Shown here in pieces: positions 7,660-18,044 of a stretch of DNA of 64,000 bases; positions within the stretch are counted from its first letter, which is position 1, and each line of letters opens with the position of its first letter. The notes beneath the pieces were generated by a model. It had not been told where the DNA came from, did not search any database, and worked only from the letters and a program-made list of their open reading frames with translations. The DNA is from an uncultured virus (IMG/VR IMGVR_UViG_3300025723_000025) (Duplodnaviria; Heunggongvirae; Uroviricota; Caudoviricetes), in the IMG/VR virus record IMGVR_UViG_3300025723_000025; one strand, given 5' to 3'. The translations under genes were made by a program, and so were the position numbers.

Positions 7660-10125
7660 GTGCAAGATAAAGTCCCTCCACACATCCGTGCTCAATTAGA
7701 GGAGTTCAAGCGTAAAGCCACGCACAATGAAGCTCTGAGCAAGGAATACCGGGACAAATACGATCGAGTCCACACGCCCAATCAGCCAACCTATGAAGAA
7801 TGGCTGAAGATGGAAGGCAAGCAACGCATGGCTGACGGTGGCACCGCAAACCTGAGAAAGCACGTCCTAAACAGCGAAGGCACTTATGGCCTACAACGCA
7901 TGGAACGTGCGTTTGATGAAGTGCCCAACCTAGAAAACATGTATGACGAGCACGCCCTACGTCGTGCCTTTACAGGTGACGGCAACAATACTAATCTCTT
8001 GGCTACGATTGACCCAGCCGACTTTGAGAAGTACGCCGCTATCCTCAATGACCGTAAGCACAGAGAACCGACACCCAGTCTAGAAGACAAAGTAAAAAGG
8101 CATGAAGTACGCAAGACGGATATGTCAACCGATGACTATCTGAGGTACCTTGCTAGTATTGGTAAGCTTAGTGACGTGCCCTACTTACATCTACATTCAG
8201 ATGAGACTGGCATCCCATTGACACCAATGATCACTGGGCACGAAGGCCGACATCGCAACAGAGCTCTAGCTAAACAAGGCGTTAAGAAGAATCTGATTCA
8301 AATATTTAACAAGGGTGCATTGCGTGAAGAATTGCCTAGACGTGATCGTCAGGAATACGTTGATGCATTGCATAAACAATTAGCATCGAGTCACAATCTA
8401 GTCTACCCTGAGCATCGAGATGATGACGAGCGTAGACCAAAGATACAGCTACCGAACATATACTCCAAAGGCGGAGACGTACAAGGAAAGACCATGACCC
8501 CTGATTTAGCTAAGATGCGAATAGAGCTCGCACAAAACCGTAATCCTATTCAGATGGACAATATTGGCGTCAATGAAGCCATGGACATCGAGCCCAAAGT
8601 ATTCATGTCTCCTACTCCACTGGAAGACACCAAGCCATCCGTAGGCGGAACACAAGTTCCTAAGCTTGGCCCAATGGGCGGTATTGACATGAACCCTAAT
8701 CAGCCCGGTCAACAGTTGATGCCTGCGCCAGCTCCACAGCAACCTCCCGGCGGTCTACCCGGTGCAAGTGCTGGCCCATCTGCTGGCCCTTCAGCTCCAC
8801 AAGGCCCAACTCCTCCTGAAGGCAACATGCTATCGATGACCCCACAAGGTCAGACAATGCAAGCCATCGGTGGAGGACAACCTCAAGGACAGCCACAAGG
8901 TCAGCCTCAAGCTATGGCTAGTGGTGGACGTGCCAAGCCAAAGTTCGCCATCGCTCCAGCTAAAGCACCAGCTCCCACGCCCGAACACTTCACACCATAT
9001 GACCATGAGAACCCAACCATGGGATCACTGGCTAAAGCATTCGACGAAGCGATCGCTCACCATTTGAGCCTGCACCCTGAAGCTAGAGCGGCGAACAGTA
9101 TCCGTGCTTCCGAAGCATTGGCAGAACACATTGGTCGCAATACGAACAACGGTGCCAAAGACCTATTGGGTAAGAACGCCAAGCTGATCAAGTCCGAGAA
9201 GGGCGAAGAAGAAGCCATCAAGCTTCCTGATGGGCGTGGCATTGAGACTACTGGCTTGGCTCTCGCCCCAGCATTTGAGAAGGGTAAATTCAACACCTGT
9301 CCGAACTCCCATTCATGCAAAGCAGAGTGCTTAGGCAAAACCTCAGGCAACTACTTCAAGCTGGGCGGTGGTCAGGACTTATCCGAGTTCAAGGGCCCAC
9401 GACTCAATAGCCTGCGTAAGACGCTGGGCTTTATCCATGATCCACATTCATTCGCAGTCAAACTTCATGATGAGATTGCTGACGCTAAAGCCATTGCCGC
9501 ACAGAACAATAACCACTTGGGCGTGAGACTGAATGTCCTATCTGACATCAATCCACGAGTACACAAGTCAATCATTGAAGCTCACCCTGATGTGACCTTC
9601 TATGACTACACCAAGAACAACACAGATCCAATTGCTCCGAACCATCACTACACCTACTCATCGACTGGTGTCAGTCAGGAAGGCGTGCACAATGCGCATA
9701 GCAACTGGAAACAGATGCGTCGCCGTCTTAATGGAGGAGACAACGTCGCCATGGCATTTAGCCATAAAGAGCACTTGCCTGAGTTCATCCATGACGAAGA
9801 GAGCGGCAAGAAGTACCGTGTAGTCAATGGCGATACCCATGACTTCCGCCCATTAGATCTTCAGCCTGAAGGTGAAGAGGGCGTCATCGTCGGCCTCAAG
9901 AACAAAAAGGCGACTGGTAAAATGCATGAAGCTCATTTAGACTCTAACGGATTCTTTGTGCATTATGATCCTGCATTAAAGATGGCTAAGAGCGAGAAGA
10001 CTGGTTCGCCTGTCTATGCAAGAGACAAAAAAGGCAACACCATTGCTCAGAACAAAGAAGTACGAATCAAACCGCAGACGGGTGGAATGATTCCAATTAC
10101 TAATGATGACGGGGGCAAAGAATGA
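7660..10125 (+). CDS. Multidomain protein: ParB/Srx-like domain, Pro/Gln linker, GP88-like Cys domain
   Basis: GHEGRHR motif; CPNSHSCKAECLG, RLNVLSDI and FYDYTK motifs. Confidence 0.7.
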   Translation: MQDKVPPHIRAQLEEFKRKATHNEALSKEYRDKYDRVHTPNQPTYEEWLKMEGKQRMADGGTANLRKHVLNSEGTYGLQRMERAFDEVPNLENMYDEHALRRAFTGDGNNTNLLATIDPADFEKYAAILNDRKHREPTPSLEDKVKRHEVRKTDMSTDDYLRYLASIGKLSDVPYLHLHSDETGIPLTPMITGHEGRHRNRALAKQGVKKNLIQIFNKGALREELPRRDRQEYVDALHKQLASSHNLVYPEHRDDDERRPKIQLPNIYSKGGDVQGKTMTPDLAKMRIELAQNRNPIQMDNIGVNEAMDIEPKVFMSPTPLEDTKPSVGGTQVPKLGPMGGIDMNPNQPGQQLMPAPAPQQPPGGLPGASAGPSAGPSAPQGPTPPEGNMLSMTPQGQTMQAIGGGQPQGQPQGQPQAMASGGRAKPKFAIAPAKAPAPTPEHFTPYDHENPTMGSLAKAFDEAIAHHLSLHPEARAANSIRASEALAEHIGRNTNNGAKDLLGKNAKLIKSEKGEEEAIKLPDGRGIETTGLALAPAFEKGKFNTCPNSHSCKAECLGKTSGNYFKLGGGQDLSEFKGPRLNSLRKTLGFIHDPHSFAVKLHDEIADAKAIAAQNNNHLGVRLNVLSDINPRVHKSIIEAHPDVTFYDYTKNNTDPIAPNHHYTYSSTGVSQEGVHNAHSNWKQMRRRLNGGDNVAMAFSHKEHLPEFIHDEESGKKYRVVNGDTHDFRPLDLQPEGEEGVIVGLKNKKATGKMHEAHLDSNGFFVHYDPALKMAKSEKTGSPVYARDKKGNTIAQNKEVRIKPQTGGMIPITNDDGGKE

Positions 10126-10307
10126 CATCTAAAAAGAAAATACCTGTAGAGGACTTTTACTCCCAGTTCCATGGCCTTGAGCATCACAATGATCCTGAAG
10201 GTTATACAAAGCCAAAGCATCACCTACGGAATCCTCATAAAGCCGCCAAGCATAAAGGGCTGGACTTAAGAGCACTCCGCAATTCAAAACGTAAGAAGGC
10301 TAAATAA
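10122..10307 (+). CDS. Small basic His/Lys-rich protein
   Basis: Coupled to neighbours by ATGA and TAATG overlaps. Confidence 0.65.
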   Translation: MTSKKKIPVEDFYSQFHGLEHHNDPEGYTKPKHHLRNPHKAAKHKGLDLRALRNSKRKKAK

Positions 10308-12763
10308 TGAGTGACCACGACGATATCAATATTGACGAACAAGAAGATGGTTCTGCCATCGTAGATATTGCTGAAGACGATATCGAAGAACAGGAAGACG
10401 GTTCGGCAATCATTGAGCTAGATGATGGCCCTGAATTCAATCCTGAGTTCTATGACAACTTGGCTGATTCAATATCGCCCGGCACTCTATCTGACCTGAC
10501 CTTCCGTTACCTTGACTTATTGGAGTCCGATAAACAAGCTCGAGAACTGCGTGACAAGCAATACGAAGAAGGCATCAAGCGTACTGGTATGGGCAATGAC
10601 GCCCCCGGTGGTGCCACATTCATGGGTGCATCTAAAGTCGTTCACCCTGCAATGGCTGAAGGCTGTGTGGACTTTGCCGCCCGTGCCATTAAAGAAATGT
10701 TCCCACCTGATGGCCCAGTCAAGACTAAGATCCTTGGCCCACAGGACAACCTAAAGTCGGCTACTGCAGAGCGCAAGGCTGAATACCTGAACTGGCAGAT
10801 CACCGAACAGATCGAAGAGTTCAAAGACGAGCAAGAACAACTGTTGACTCAGCTCCCATTGGGTGGCTCACAGTACTTCAAGCTATGGTTCGACGAAGAG
10901 AAAAAGCGTCCAGTCGTAGAGTTCCTACCGATTGACCGAGTCATCCTGCCATTTGCGGCAACCAACTTCTATACCGCCCAGCGTGCGGCTGAAATTCACG
11001 AGATCACCACCTACGAGTTCGAGCGTCGCATTCGTACTGGCATGTACCGTGACATTAGCTACATGAAGGCGACTGAGTCTCTTGAAGAAGGCAAAGTAGC
11101 CCAAGCCAACAACAAGGTTGAAGGCAAGCAATTTGAAGAAAACAAAGACGGACTGCGTAAGGTGTATCACATCTACACATGGCTTGAAATCGACGAAGAC
11201 AAACACACTAAGGGTAAGAACGCTCCTTACATCCTAATGATCGACGAACTGGACAACGAAGTAGTTGGCCTGTATCGCAACTGGGAGGAATCAGATGAGA
11301 CCCGAACTAAGCTTGATTGGATTGTTGAGTTTAAATTTATACCTTGGCGTGGTGCCTATGCTATTGGCCTGCCTCATCTTATTGGTGGTCTTAGTGCCGC
11401 TCTTACTGGCTCATTGCGTGCTCTATTGGATAGTGCGCACATTAACAATGCGGCTACGATGCTCAAGCTCAAAGGAGCAAAGATCAGTGGACAGAGCCAA
11501 CAGGTAGACGTCACACAGATCGTAGAGATCGAAGGAGCTCCCGGCGTACAAGACATCCGTCAGATCGCCATGCCAATGCCATTTAACCCACCAAGCCCAG
11601 TGCTGATGGAATTGCTTGGCTGGTTAGATCAAGCCGCTAAAGGTGTGATCAGTACTTCCGAAGAGAAGATTGCCGACGCTACCAACAACATGCCTGTGGG
11701 TACGGCTCAAGCTCTGATCGAGCAAGGTGCGCACGTTTACTCATCCATCCATGCACGCCTGCATTCATCACAAGCTCGTGTATTGAAGATCCTTTGCCGA
11801 CTCAATCGCTGGTACTTTGATGAGATGCAAAAAGGCGACGTGGTTGCCGATCTGGAAATCACTCGTCAAGACTTTGATAAGAACACCGACGTAGTCCCAG
11901 TCTCTGATCCTAATATCTTCTCTGAAACTCAGCGTATGGCTCAGTCTCAGGCTGTATTGGCTTTGGCTGAGAAGCATCCTGACCAGTTCAACATTAGCAA
12001 CGTATTGTCTCGTGTACTTAAGCAAATGAAGGTACCGAACATCAATGAGTTGATGAAGGACGTCCCTGCCCCTGAGCAACGCACATCAGCCGATGAGAAT
12101 GCCGCTTTATTGATTGGACAGCCTGCCTATGCATACGTCCAGCAAGATCACATTGCGCACATTCAGGATCACCTGCAGTTTTATCTGAACCCATTCTTGG
12201 GCCAGTCACCATTTGCAGATCCAAGCTATCTGAACAACCTGATCGAGCACATCAAGCAACACATGACCTTGTGGTATCTCAATCGTTCCAATGGATACGT
12301 CGAGAAGACTACAGGTGGCCCTGTGGATGACTACGATGATCCAACATACACACCAACTATCGACCGTGTCTACACGACGATTGGTGCCCACGTTATGCTC
12401 GACACAACAGAAGTGTTCAAGCAATTCCAGCAACCTTTCCAGCAACTTATCCAAGCGGCTCAACAACGTAGCAGTGCACCTCCAAGCTTGCCACCTGACG
12501 CACAAGTCGTTAAGGACACCAGCATGGCTGAGACACAGCGCAAGACTGAAAAAGACAAAGCGGATATCCAGTTGGCACAACAGAAGTTGCAAAAGGATAT
12601 GCAAGAACACATTGATGACAATCAGACTAAGATTGCTATCAAGAACGCAGAATTGACGCATGAGACGATTCAAAACGTCGCTCAAGCCCAATCACAGGTT
12701 CCGCCTGTGCAACCCGTAGCACCTGCTACACAACCTCAAGAAGGAGCTCCAAATGGCATCTGA
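10307..12763 (+). CDS. Portal protein
   Basis: 818 aa, after terminase; acidic N-terminus, helical Gln-rich C-terminal barrel as in P22-like portals. Confidence 0.85.
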   Translation: MSDHDDINIDEQEDGSAIVDIAEDDIEEQEDGSAIIELDDGPEFNPEFYDNLADSISPGTLSDLTFRYLDLLESDKQARELRDKQYEEGIKRTGMGNDAPGGATFMGASKVVHPAMAEGCVDFAARAIKEMFPPDGPVKTKILGPQDNLKSATAERKAEYLNWQITEQIEEFKDEQEQLLTQLPLGGSQYFKLWFDEEKKRPVVEFLPIDRVILPFAATNFYTAQRAAEIHEITTYEFERRIRTGMYRDISYMKATESLEEGKVAQANNKVEGKQFEENKDGLRKVYHIYTWLEIDEDKHTKGKNAPYILMIDELDNEVVGLYRNWEESDETRTKLDWIVEFKFIPWRGAYAIGLPHLIGGLSAALTGSLRALLDSAHINNAATMLKLKGAKISGQSQQVDVTQIVEIEGAPGVQDIRQIAMPMPFNPPSPVLMELLGWLDQAAKGVISTSEEKIADATNNMPVGTAQALIEQGAHVYSSIHARLHSSQARVLKILCRLNRWYFDEMQKGDVVADLEITRQDFDKNTDVVPVSDPNIFSETQRMAQSQAVLALAEKHPDQFNISNVLSRVLKQMKVPNINELMKDVPAPEQRTSADENAALLIGQPAYAYVQQDHIAHIQDHLQFYLNPFLGQSPFADPSYLNNLIEHIKQHMTLWYLNRSNGYVEKTTGGPVDDYDDPTYTPTIDRVYTTIGAHVMLDTTEVFKQFQQPFQQLIQAAQQRSSAPPSLPPDAQVVKDTSMAETQRKTEKDKADIQLAQQKLQKDMQEHIDDNQTKIAIKNAELTHETIQNVAQAQSQVPPVQPVAPATQPQEGAPNGI

Positions 12764-12917
12764 TGCAGAACAAAAGAGTATTAATGTTCCTCAGCATAAG
12801 AGAATTGCCCAAGGCGAAAAGTTGGATGGAACAAGCATGACACCTAAAGGTGGAAGCACTGGTTCATCTAGCCACAAGTCTCATGGCGGTTTGTCTCACG
12901 CTAAGAAACACAAATGA
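12753..12917 (+). CDS. Small basic protein (54 aa, not in ORF track)
   Basis: AAGGAG RBS; MASDAEQKSINVPQHKRIAQG...PKGG...SHGG. Confidence 0.7.
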   Translation: MASDAEQKSINVPQHKRIAQGEKLDGTSMTPKGGSTGSSSHKSHGGLSHAKKHK

Positions 12918-13093
12918 TCGAAGCACTAATCCATAGGATTAAGATACGACATTCTGAGTTGCAGTTGGCCCTAGCAGTAGGGACACCTTTTAACTGGGAG
13001 TCGTACCAGCGGATGGTCGGTGAATATCAAGGGCTTCAATCTGCCTTAGATATGATCGACAGCATGTTGGAAGAGGAAGAAAACAAAGAGTAA
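12914..13093 (+). CDS. Hypothetical protein (59 aa, not in ORF track)
   Basis: ATGA overlap; WESYQRMVGEYQGL. Confidence 0.7.
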   Translation: MIEALIHRIKIRHSELQLALAVGTPFNWESYQRMVGEYQGLQSALDMIDSMLEEEENKE

Positions 13094-13150
13094 AACCCTA
13101 GCACTGAAAAGTGCGTAATGCATCTGAAATATGATGTGAAAGGAAAGAAA

Positions 13151-13618
13151 ATGAGTGAAGTAGAAAAGATCCCTACTATTGCAGGGAAAGAGGGCACGCC
13201 TGATGCTGACGAAATGTCATGGGCGTTCCCTGAAGTAAACCCCGGACAACGTCCATTTGGGGGTCGTGTGATCGTGCAACTTCGACGCATTAAGAAGAAG
13301 GCTGGACGAATCATCATCGTGGATGAAACCAAAGAGAATGAAAAATGGAACAACATGATCGGCAAGGTCGTGGCTGTTGGCCCATTGGCATTCAAGAACA
13401 GAGACACCATGCAACCTTGGGCCGAAGGATGTTGGGCTGAGATTGGTGACTTCGTTCGTGTTCCTAAATGGGGTGGAGATCGCTGGGAGCGTTACGTTCC
13501 GAGTGAAGTCGACAACAGTAAAGAGGAACAAGAACCAGTTTTATTCATGACTATCAACGACCATGAGCTTATTTCAGCGGTAACGGATGATCCGTTGTCG
13601 TTTAAAGCTTACGTTTAA
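13151..13618 (+). CDS. GroES/Cpn10-like co-chaperonin
   Basis: PFGGRVIVQ, GKVVAVGP, IGDFV, INDHELISAV follow the Cpn10 pattern. Confidence 0.8.
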   Translation: MSEVEKIPTIAGKEGTPDADEMSWAFPEVNPGQRPFGGRVIVQLRRIKKKAGRIIIVDETKENEKWNNMIGKVVAVGPLAFKNRDTMQPWAEGCWAEIGDFVRVPKWGGDRWERYVPSEVDNSKEEQEPVLFMTINDHELISAVTDDPLSFKAYV

Positions 13619-13629
13619 GGGGAAATTAA

Positions 13630-14622
13630 ATGGCTGAAAACCAAAAAGATGAAGATTTAGCCGTTATTGAGGGCCAAGATGGCTCCGCAACGGTAGAAGT
13701 ACCTGAAGATTTGCTCGGTGCAGAAGAAACCAACGAGCAAAATGGCTTTGAACGTGCTCAAGAAGGAAATCCAGCGGCAGATCCTGCTGATGATGACCAT
13801 CCTGATGACGATGAAGAGCTCCGTGCGGCGAAACGCAACCGTCGTCGTGCGAAAAAAGACCTGATTCGCAAAACAAATCAGGAAAAAGACGTCCGTTTGC
13901 AAGCTTTGCAACGGGAGAATGAAGAATTCAAGCGTCGATTGAGTCAATTGGAGCGTAATACCAAGTCAGAACAGATTGTTCGCATCGAAAAAAGCATTGA
14001 CGATGCACAAGTGAAGCTTGAATACGCAAAGATGAAGCTTGCTGAAGCCGGAAACAATGGCGACGGTCAAGCTTTGGTTGAAGCTCAAACACTTTGGCAG
14101 TCTGCGCAAGAAGAAGTTCGTCATTTAAACACTCTTCGCTCGCAAGCTGACAGAGAGTTGAAGCAACGTGCTCAACCAAACACTCCTCCAGCGCAAGATC
14201 CAATGATTCAGCGACTAGCGGCCCAATGGGTCAAAAAGAATTCTTGGTACGATCCATCTGGTTCAGATGCTGACAGTCGGATCGCCAAGAAGATTGACGA
14301 AGTGATGGCGGCACAAGGTTGGGATGCAAAAGATCCTGACTATTGGGATGAATTAGATAGCCGCTTGCAAAAAGAATTGCCACATCGTTACAATGATAGT
14401 AATGACGACGAATCCCGTAGTGTCAGACGACCAAGGAATGTTGTGGGTAGCTCAGGACGTGAAGCATCAGCCGCTTATGGGGGCAGTAACCGCTCCCAGT
14501 TCGTACTTTCCCCTGAAAGGGTGAAGGCTATGAAGGATGCTGGTGCTTGGGACAATCCAGAGCGTAAGGCGAAAATGATCAAGAACTTTATAGCTTTTGA
14601 CCGAGCTAACCGTAACAATTAA
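13630..14622 (+). CDS. Putative capsid scaffolding protein
   Basis: Acidic N-terminus, long coiled coil, position before capsid genes. Confidence 0.65.
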   Translation: MAENQKDEDLAVIEGQDGSATVEVPEDLLGAEETNEQNGFERAQEGNPAADPADDDHPDDDEELRAAKRNRRRAKKDLIRKTNQEKDVRLQALQRENEEFKRRLSQLERNTKSEQIVRIEKSIDDAQVKLEYAKMKLAEAGNNGDGQALVEAQTLWQSAQEEVRHLNTLRSQADRELKQRAQPNTPPAQDPMIQRLAAQWVKKNSWYDPSGSDADSRIAKKIDEVMAAQGWDAKDPDYWDELDSRLQKELPHRYNDSNDDESRSVRRPRNVVGSSGREASAAYGGSNRSQFVLSPERVKAMKDAGAWDNPERKAKMIKNFIAFDRANRNN

Positions 14623-14639
14623 TCTAAGGGGAAAATACT

Positions 14640-15182
14640 ATGGAATCACGTCTCAAAAAATCTTTGAATGCTAATGGTCGCCAAGACCGCTCGAACGGGG
14701 AAGCAAGCCATTCAGCACCAGAAGACAAGTTCATTTCGACGCAGGAACGTAAAAAAATGTGGAGCGAGGAATGGACGCAATCAGCATTGCCCAAACTACC
14801 CGATATGCAAGGGTGGCACCTTTGTTGGCTATCAACAACTAACAGCTATGACTCAATCGATAAGCGGATTCGCTTAGGGTACGTTCCAGTTAAATCTGAA
14901 GAGTTACCCGGCTTTGAAGACTATAAGGTTAAGTCAGGTGAGCATGTAGGTTATATCTCATGCAATGAAATGCTTTTGTTCAAACTACCAATGGATGTAT
15001 TCCAAGAGGTCATGACTCATATGCATCACGACAAACCTCGTGAAGAAGCAGAAAAGATCAAGATCCAATTGGAAAGCTTGCAAGGTCGTGACAGCAATGG
15101 CAAATCACTACTTGGAGTTGAAGGCGACGGTATGGGCTCTATTGAACAGCAACCAAATCGATCACCCGTATTTTCGGGTTAA
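14640..15182 (+). CDS. Head-module hypothetical protein
   Basis: RBS and position. Confidence 0.75.
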   Translation: MESRLKKSLNANGRQDRSNGEASHSAPEDKFISTQERKKMWSEEWTQSALPKLPDMQGWHLCWLSTTNSYDSIDKRIRLGYVPVKSEELPGFEDYKVKSGEHVGYISCNEMLLFKLPMDVFQEVMTHMHHDKPREEAEKIKIQLESLQGRDSNGKSLLGVEGDGMGSIEQQPNRSPVFSG

Positions 15183-15199
15183 TTTTTAGGAGAAAAGAT

Positions 15200-15796
15200 A
15201 TGTCCGCAACTTCTGCTCCGTTTGGCTTGCGTCCTGCGTTCCATCCCTCAGGTTTGGATCGTGCTCAGGCGTTAGCTGGCGGCATCGTTTCTGGTTATGC
15301 CTCTAATATTTTTAAAGGTCAACCAGTTCAATATGGTACTACTGCTAATGGCGGTACTGTTGGAACCATCATCCCTGCAGGCTCTACTGGAGCTTGGTCA
15401 GGTGCATTTGCTGGCGTTCAATGGACTGACACTACTGGTCGTGCCCGTGTTTCAAATTACTGGCCTGCAAACACTGCTTACACAGCAGGTACTTGCACAG
15501 CGTATTTCTACAACGACAGCAATATCGTTTACGAAATTCAAGCTGACGCTTCATTGGCTCAAACATCTATCGGTAATGAGTACAACTTCAGCAATACAAC
15601 TAACGGTTCTTCTACAACTGGTTTGTCTGCCGCCACTCTTGGCGCAAGCACTGCAGTTAACGTAGGTGCCAATGGTCAGATGCGTGTTGTTGATTTAGCA
15701 CCATATGTTGACAATGCTTGGGGGGATGCATACACGATCGTTCGTGTTGTGAATTCCGCTTCTCAATTCTTCGGTAGCTTCAACGCTATCAGCTAA
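15200..15796 (+). CDS. Putative capsid decoration/cement protein
   Basis: APFGLRP start; Gly/Ala/Thr-rich beta protein immediately before MCP; highly expressed codon style. Confidence 0.65.
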   Translation: MSATSAPFGLRPAFHPSGLDRAQALAGGIVSGYASNIFKGQPVQYGTTANGGTVGTIIPAGSTGAWSGAFAGVQWTDTTGRARVSNYWPANTAYTAGTCTAYFYNDSNIVYEIQADASLAQTSIGNEYNFSNTTNGSSTTGLSAATLGASTAVNVGANGQMRVVDLAPYVDNAWGDAYTIVRVVNSASQFFGSFNAIS

Positions 15797-15812
15797 CATA
15801 AGGAGCTAAAAA

Positions 15813-16727
15813 ATGGCCGCACCAATGCGCAGTACGGACTTCCGTTCGATCGTTGAGCCAATTCTCAACGAGTGCTTCGACGGAGTCTATGACCAACGTG
15901 CCGATGAATGGTCACGTGTTTTCCGTGAGGAAGATGGTATTCCTCGTAACTACCATGAAGAGCCAGTCCTTTATGGATTTGGAGCCGCTCCACAATTGCC
16001 TGACGGTACACCAGTTACCTATCAGCAAGGTGGCGTGTTATTCCTCAAGCGTTACCTCTACAAAGTGTATGGTTTAGCCTTCGCTTTGACCAAGGTATTG
16101 GTTGAAGATGGCGACCACATCCGTATCGGTCAAGTGTACGCACGTCACTTGGCGCAATCTTTGGTTGAAACCAAGGAATTGTTAGCCGCTAACGTGTTGA
16201 ACACAGCTTTCAACTCTGCCTATCCGGGCGGCGACGGTGTATCTTTGATCAACACCGCTCACCCAATCGTTTCAGGCACATTCAGCAACCAGTTAGCTAC
16301 AGCCGCTGTTCTGTCACAAACATCTCTCGAACAGATGTTGATCCAGATCCGTCAAGCAGTAGACAACAACGGTAAGCGTATTCGTTTGGTTCCACGTCAA
16401 TTGATCGTGGCTCCGGGCAATATCTTCCAAGCTGAAGTATTGTTGAAATCTGTTCTGCGTACAGGTAACGCAAACAACGACATCAACCCAATCAAATCTA
16501 TCGGTTTGCTTGACGAAGGTGCCGCTGTATTGTCACGTTTGACTTCATCCACAGCATGGTGGGTTCAGACCGATGCTCCAGAAGGCTTCAAGCTTCTGAT
16601 GCGTCGTCGTCTTGAGAAAACCATGGAAGGTGATTTCGAGACTGACACAATGCGTTACAAGGCAACTGAGCGTTACGACTTGGGCTTCACTGACCCACGT
16701 TGTGCATTCGGTACACCGGGTATGTAA
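15813..16727 (+). CDS. Major capsid protein (Mu gpT-like HK97 fold)
   Basis: GFGAAPQLPDG, YGLAFALTKVLVED, PRQLIVAP, YKATERYDLGFTDPR; followed by terminator. Confidence 0.88.
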   Translation: MAAPMRSTDFRSIVEPILNECFDGVYDQRADEWSRVFREEDGIPRNYHEEPVLYGFGAAPQLPDGTPVTYQQGGVLFLKRYLYKVYGLAFALTKVLVEDGDHIRIGQVYARHLAQSLVETKELLAANVLNTAFNSAYPGGDGVSLINTAHPIVSGTFSNQLATAAVLSQTSLEQMLIQIRQAVDNNGKRIRLVPRQLIVAPGNIFQAEVLLKSVLRTGNANNDINPIKSIGLLDEGAAVLSRLTSSTAWWVQTDAPEGFKLLMRRRLEKTMEGDFETDTMRYKATERYDLGFTDPRCAFGTPGM

Positions 16728-16735
16728 TGTAAGAC

Positions 16736-16762
16736 AGGGTGGGCATAAAAACCCACCCTTTT
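16736..16762 (+). terminator. Rho-independent terminator after MCP
   Basis: AGGGTGGG-loop-CCCACCCT followed by T-run. Confidence 0.7.
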
Positions 16763-16796
16763 TAAAATATTTGTCAAGCTTTTCAAGGAGAAGACA

Positions 16797-18032
16797 ATGC
16801 CTCAATTTTCAGATGACCTGTTCTTAGGAACTGCACAGACCTACATGGGTACTGGCAATCAGTCCACAGAATGCGTTGTACTCGGTTCTATTTCCGGTAC
16901 TACTCTTACTGTGACCCAATTACTTTCAGGCGACCCAGTAACTATTGGTGCGTTCGTTGGTAGTTCAACAATTAGCAACGGTACACAAATCACTGCATTC
17001 TTAACTGGTGCTGGTGGTGTAGGTACTTATCAAGTAAACAATTCACAATCTGTTGCATCAGGTAACGTGTTTTTGTCTAACAACAATGGTTATGGCGATC
17101 CATCTCCAATGGATTTAGGTATTGGCCCACTAGGCCGTACTTACATCTTTGATGTAATCCCACAAACATTGGAAGCAAATAACATTGCTTTGACACAGAC
17201 TCCAGCTTCAGCAGGTTCTTTAACTCTGACTGCAGGTACTTCTACTACTTCAGTAATTCGTACAAACGGTCAAACAGTAGTTCAATTAGATTGCCCACGA
17301 GCTGTTAGCATCGCTACTGGTACTGCCGCCGCCACAACTTTGGCTGGCGTAGCAACTACTGGTACAGGTGGTCAAATCTCCTTTACTTCACAAACTGGCT
17401 TGGTATCAGGTCAATATGTGACTGTAAGTGGTACAGCAGGTGGTACAGGTTCTATCGTTGGTTATTCCAACCCTACAACTTACATCTTGTCCGCAGTAAC
17501 AGCTACTACCGCTACATTGCTGACTTCAGCAGGTGGTGCAGTTGTGACTACAGCAGGTACTATCACTGGCTTGACATTCACTTTGGGTGTTGCTCCTGTA
17601 ACTGCAACAGTTTCTGGTTACGATTACTACGGTCAAGCAATGACTGAAGCAATTACAACTAGCTCTGCTGTGTCTACAACCGTGACAGGTAAAAAAGCGT
17701 TTTATCAGGTTTCTGCCATCTCTGTTAGTGCCGCAACTGGTACAGCATTGGTTGCTGGTACATCTGACGTAATCGGTCTTCCAGTTCGTGTAGTTGACGC
17801 AGGATACGTTATGCGTGCAGGTTGGGCTAACACACTAGCCAATAACGCTGGTACTTTTGTACAAGCAGACACAACAACTGCAACTTCAACAACTGGTGAT
17901 GTTCGTGGCACCTACAAACCATCTACTGCTACTAACGGCTACAGCCGCTTGGTATTAGCTATTGGCTTGACAGGTATTCAAGTTGGCCCAAATAGCACTC
18001 GTTTAGGTGCTCTTGGCGTAAACCAAGCTTAA
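16797..18032 (+). CDS. Virion structural protein (Thr/Gly-rich; head fibre/decoration-like)
   Basis: Composition and position. Confidence 0.65.
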   Translation: MPQFSDDLFLGTAQTYMGTGNQSTECVVLGSISGTTLTVTQLLSGDPVTIGAFVGSSTISNGTQITAFLTGAGGVGTYQVNNSQSVASGNVFLSNNNGYGDPSPMDLGIGPLGRTYIFDVIPQTLEANNIALTQTPASAGSLTLTAGTSTTSVIRTNGQTVVQLDCPRAVSIATGTAAATTLAGVATTGTGGQISFTSQTGLVSGQYVTVSGTAGGTGSIVGYSNPTTYILSAVTATTATLLTSAGGAVVTTAGTITGLTFTLGVAPVTATVSGYDYYGQAMTEAITTSSAVSTTVTGKKAFYQVSAISVSAATGTALVAGTSDVIGLPVRVVDAGYVMRAGWANTLANNAGTFVQADTTTATSTTGDVRGTYKPSTATNGYSRLVLAIGLTGIQVGPNSTRLGALGVNQA

Positions 18033-18044
18033 TAGGAGGCAGTT

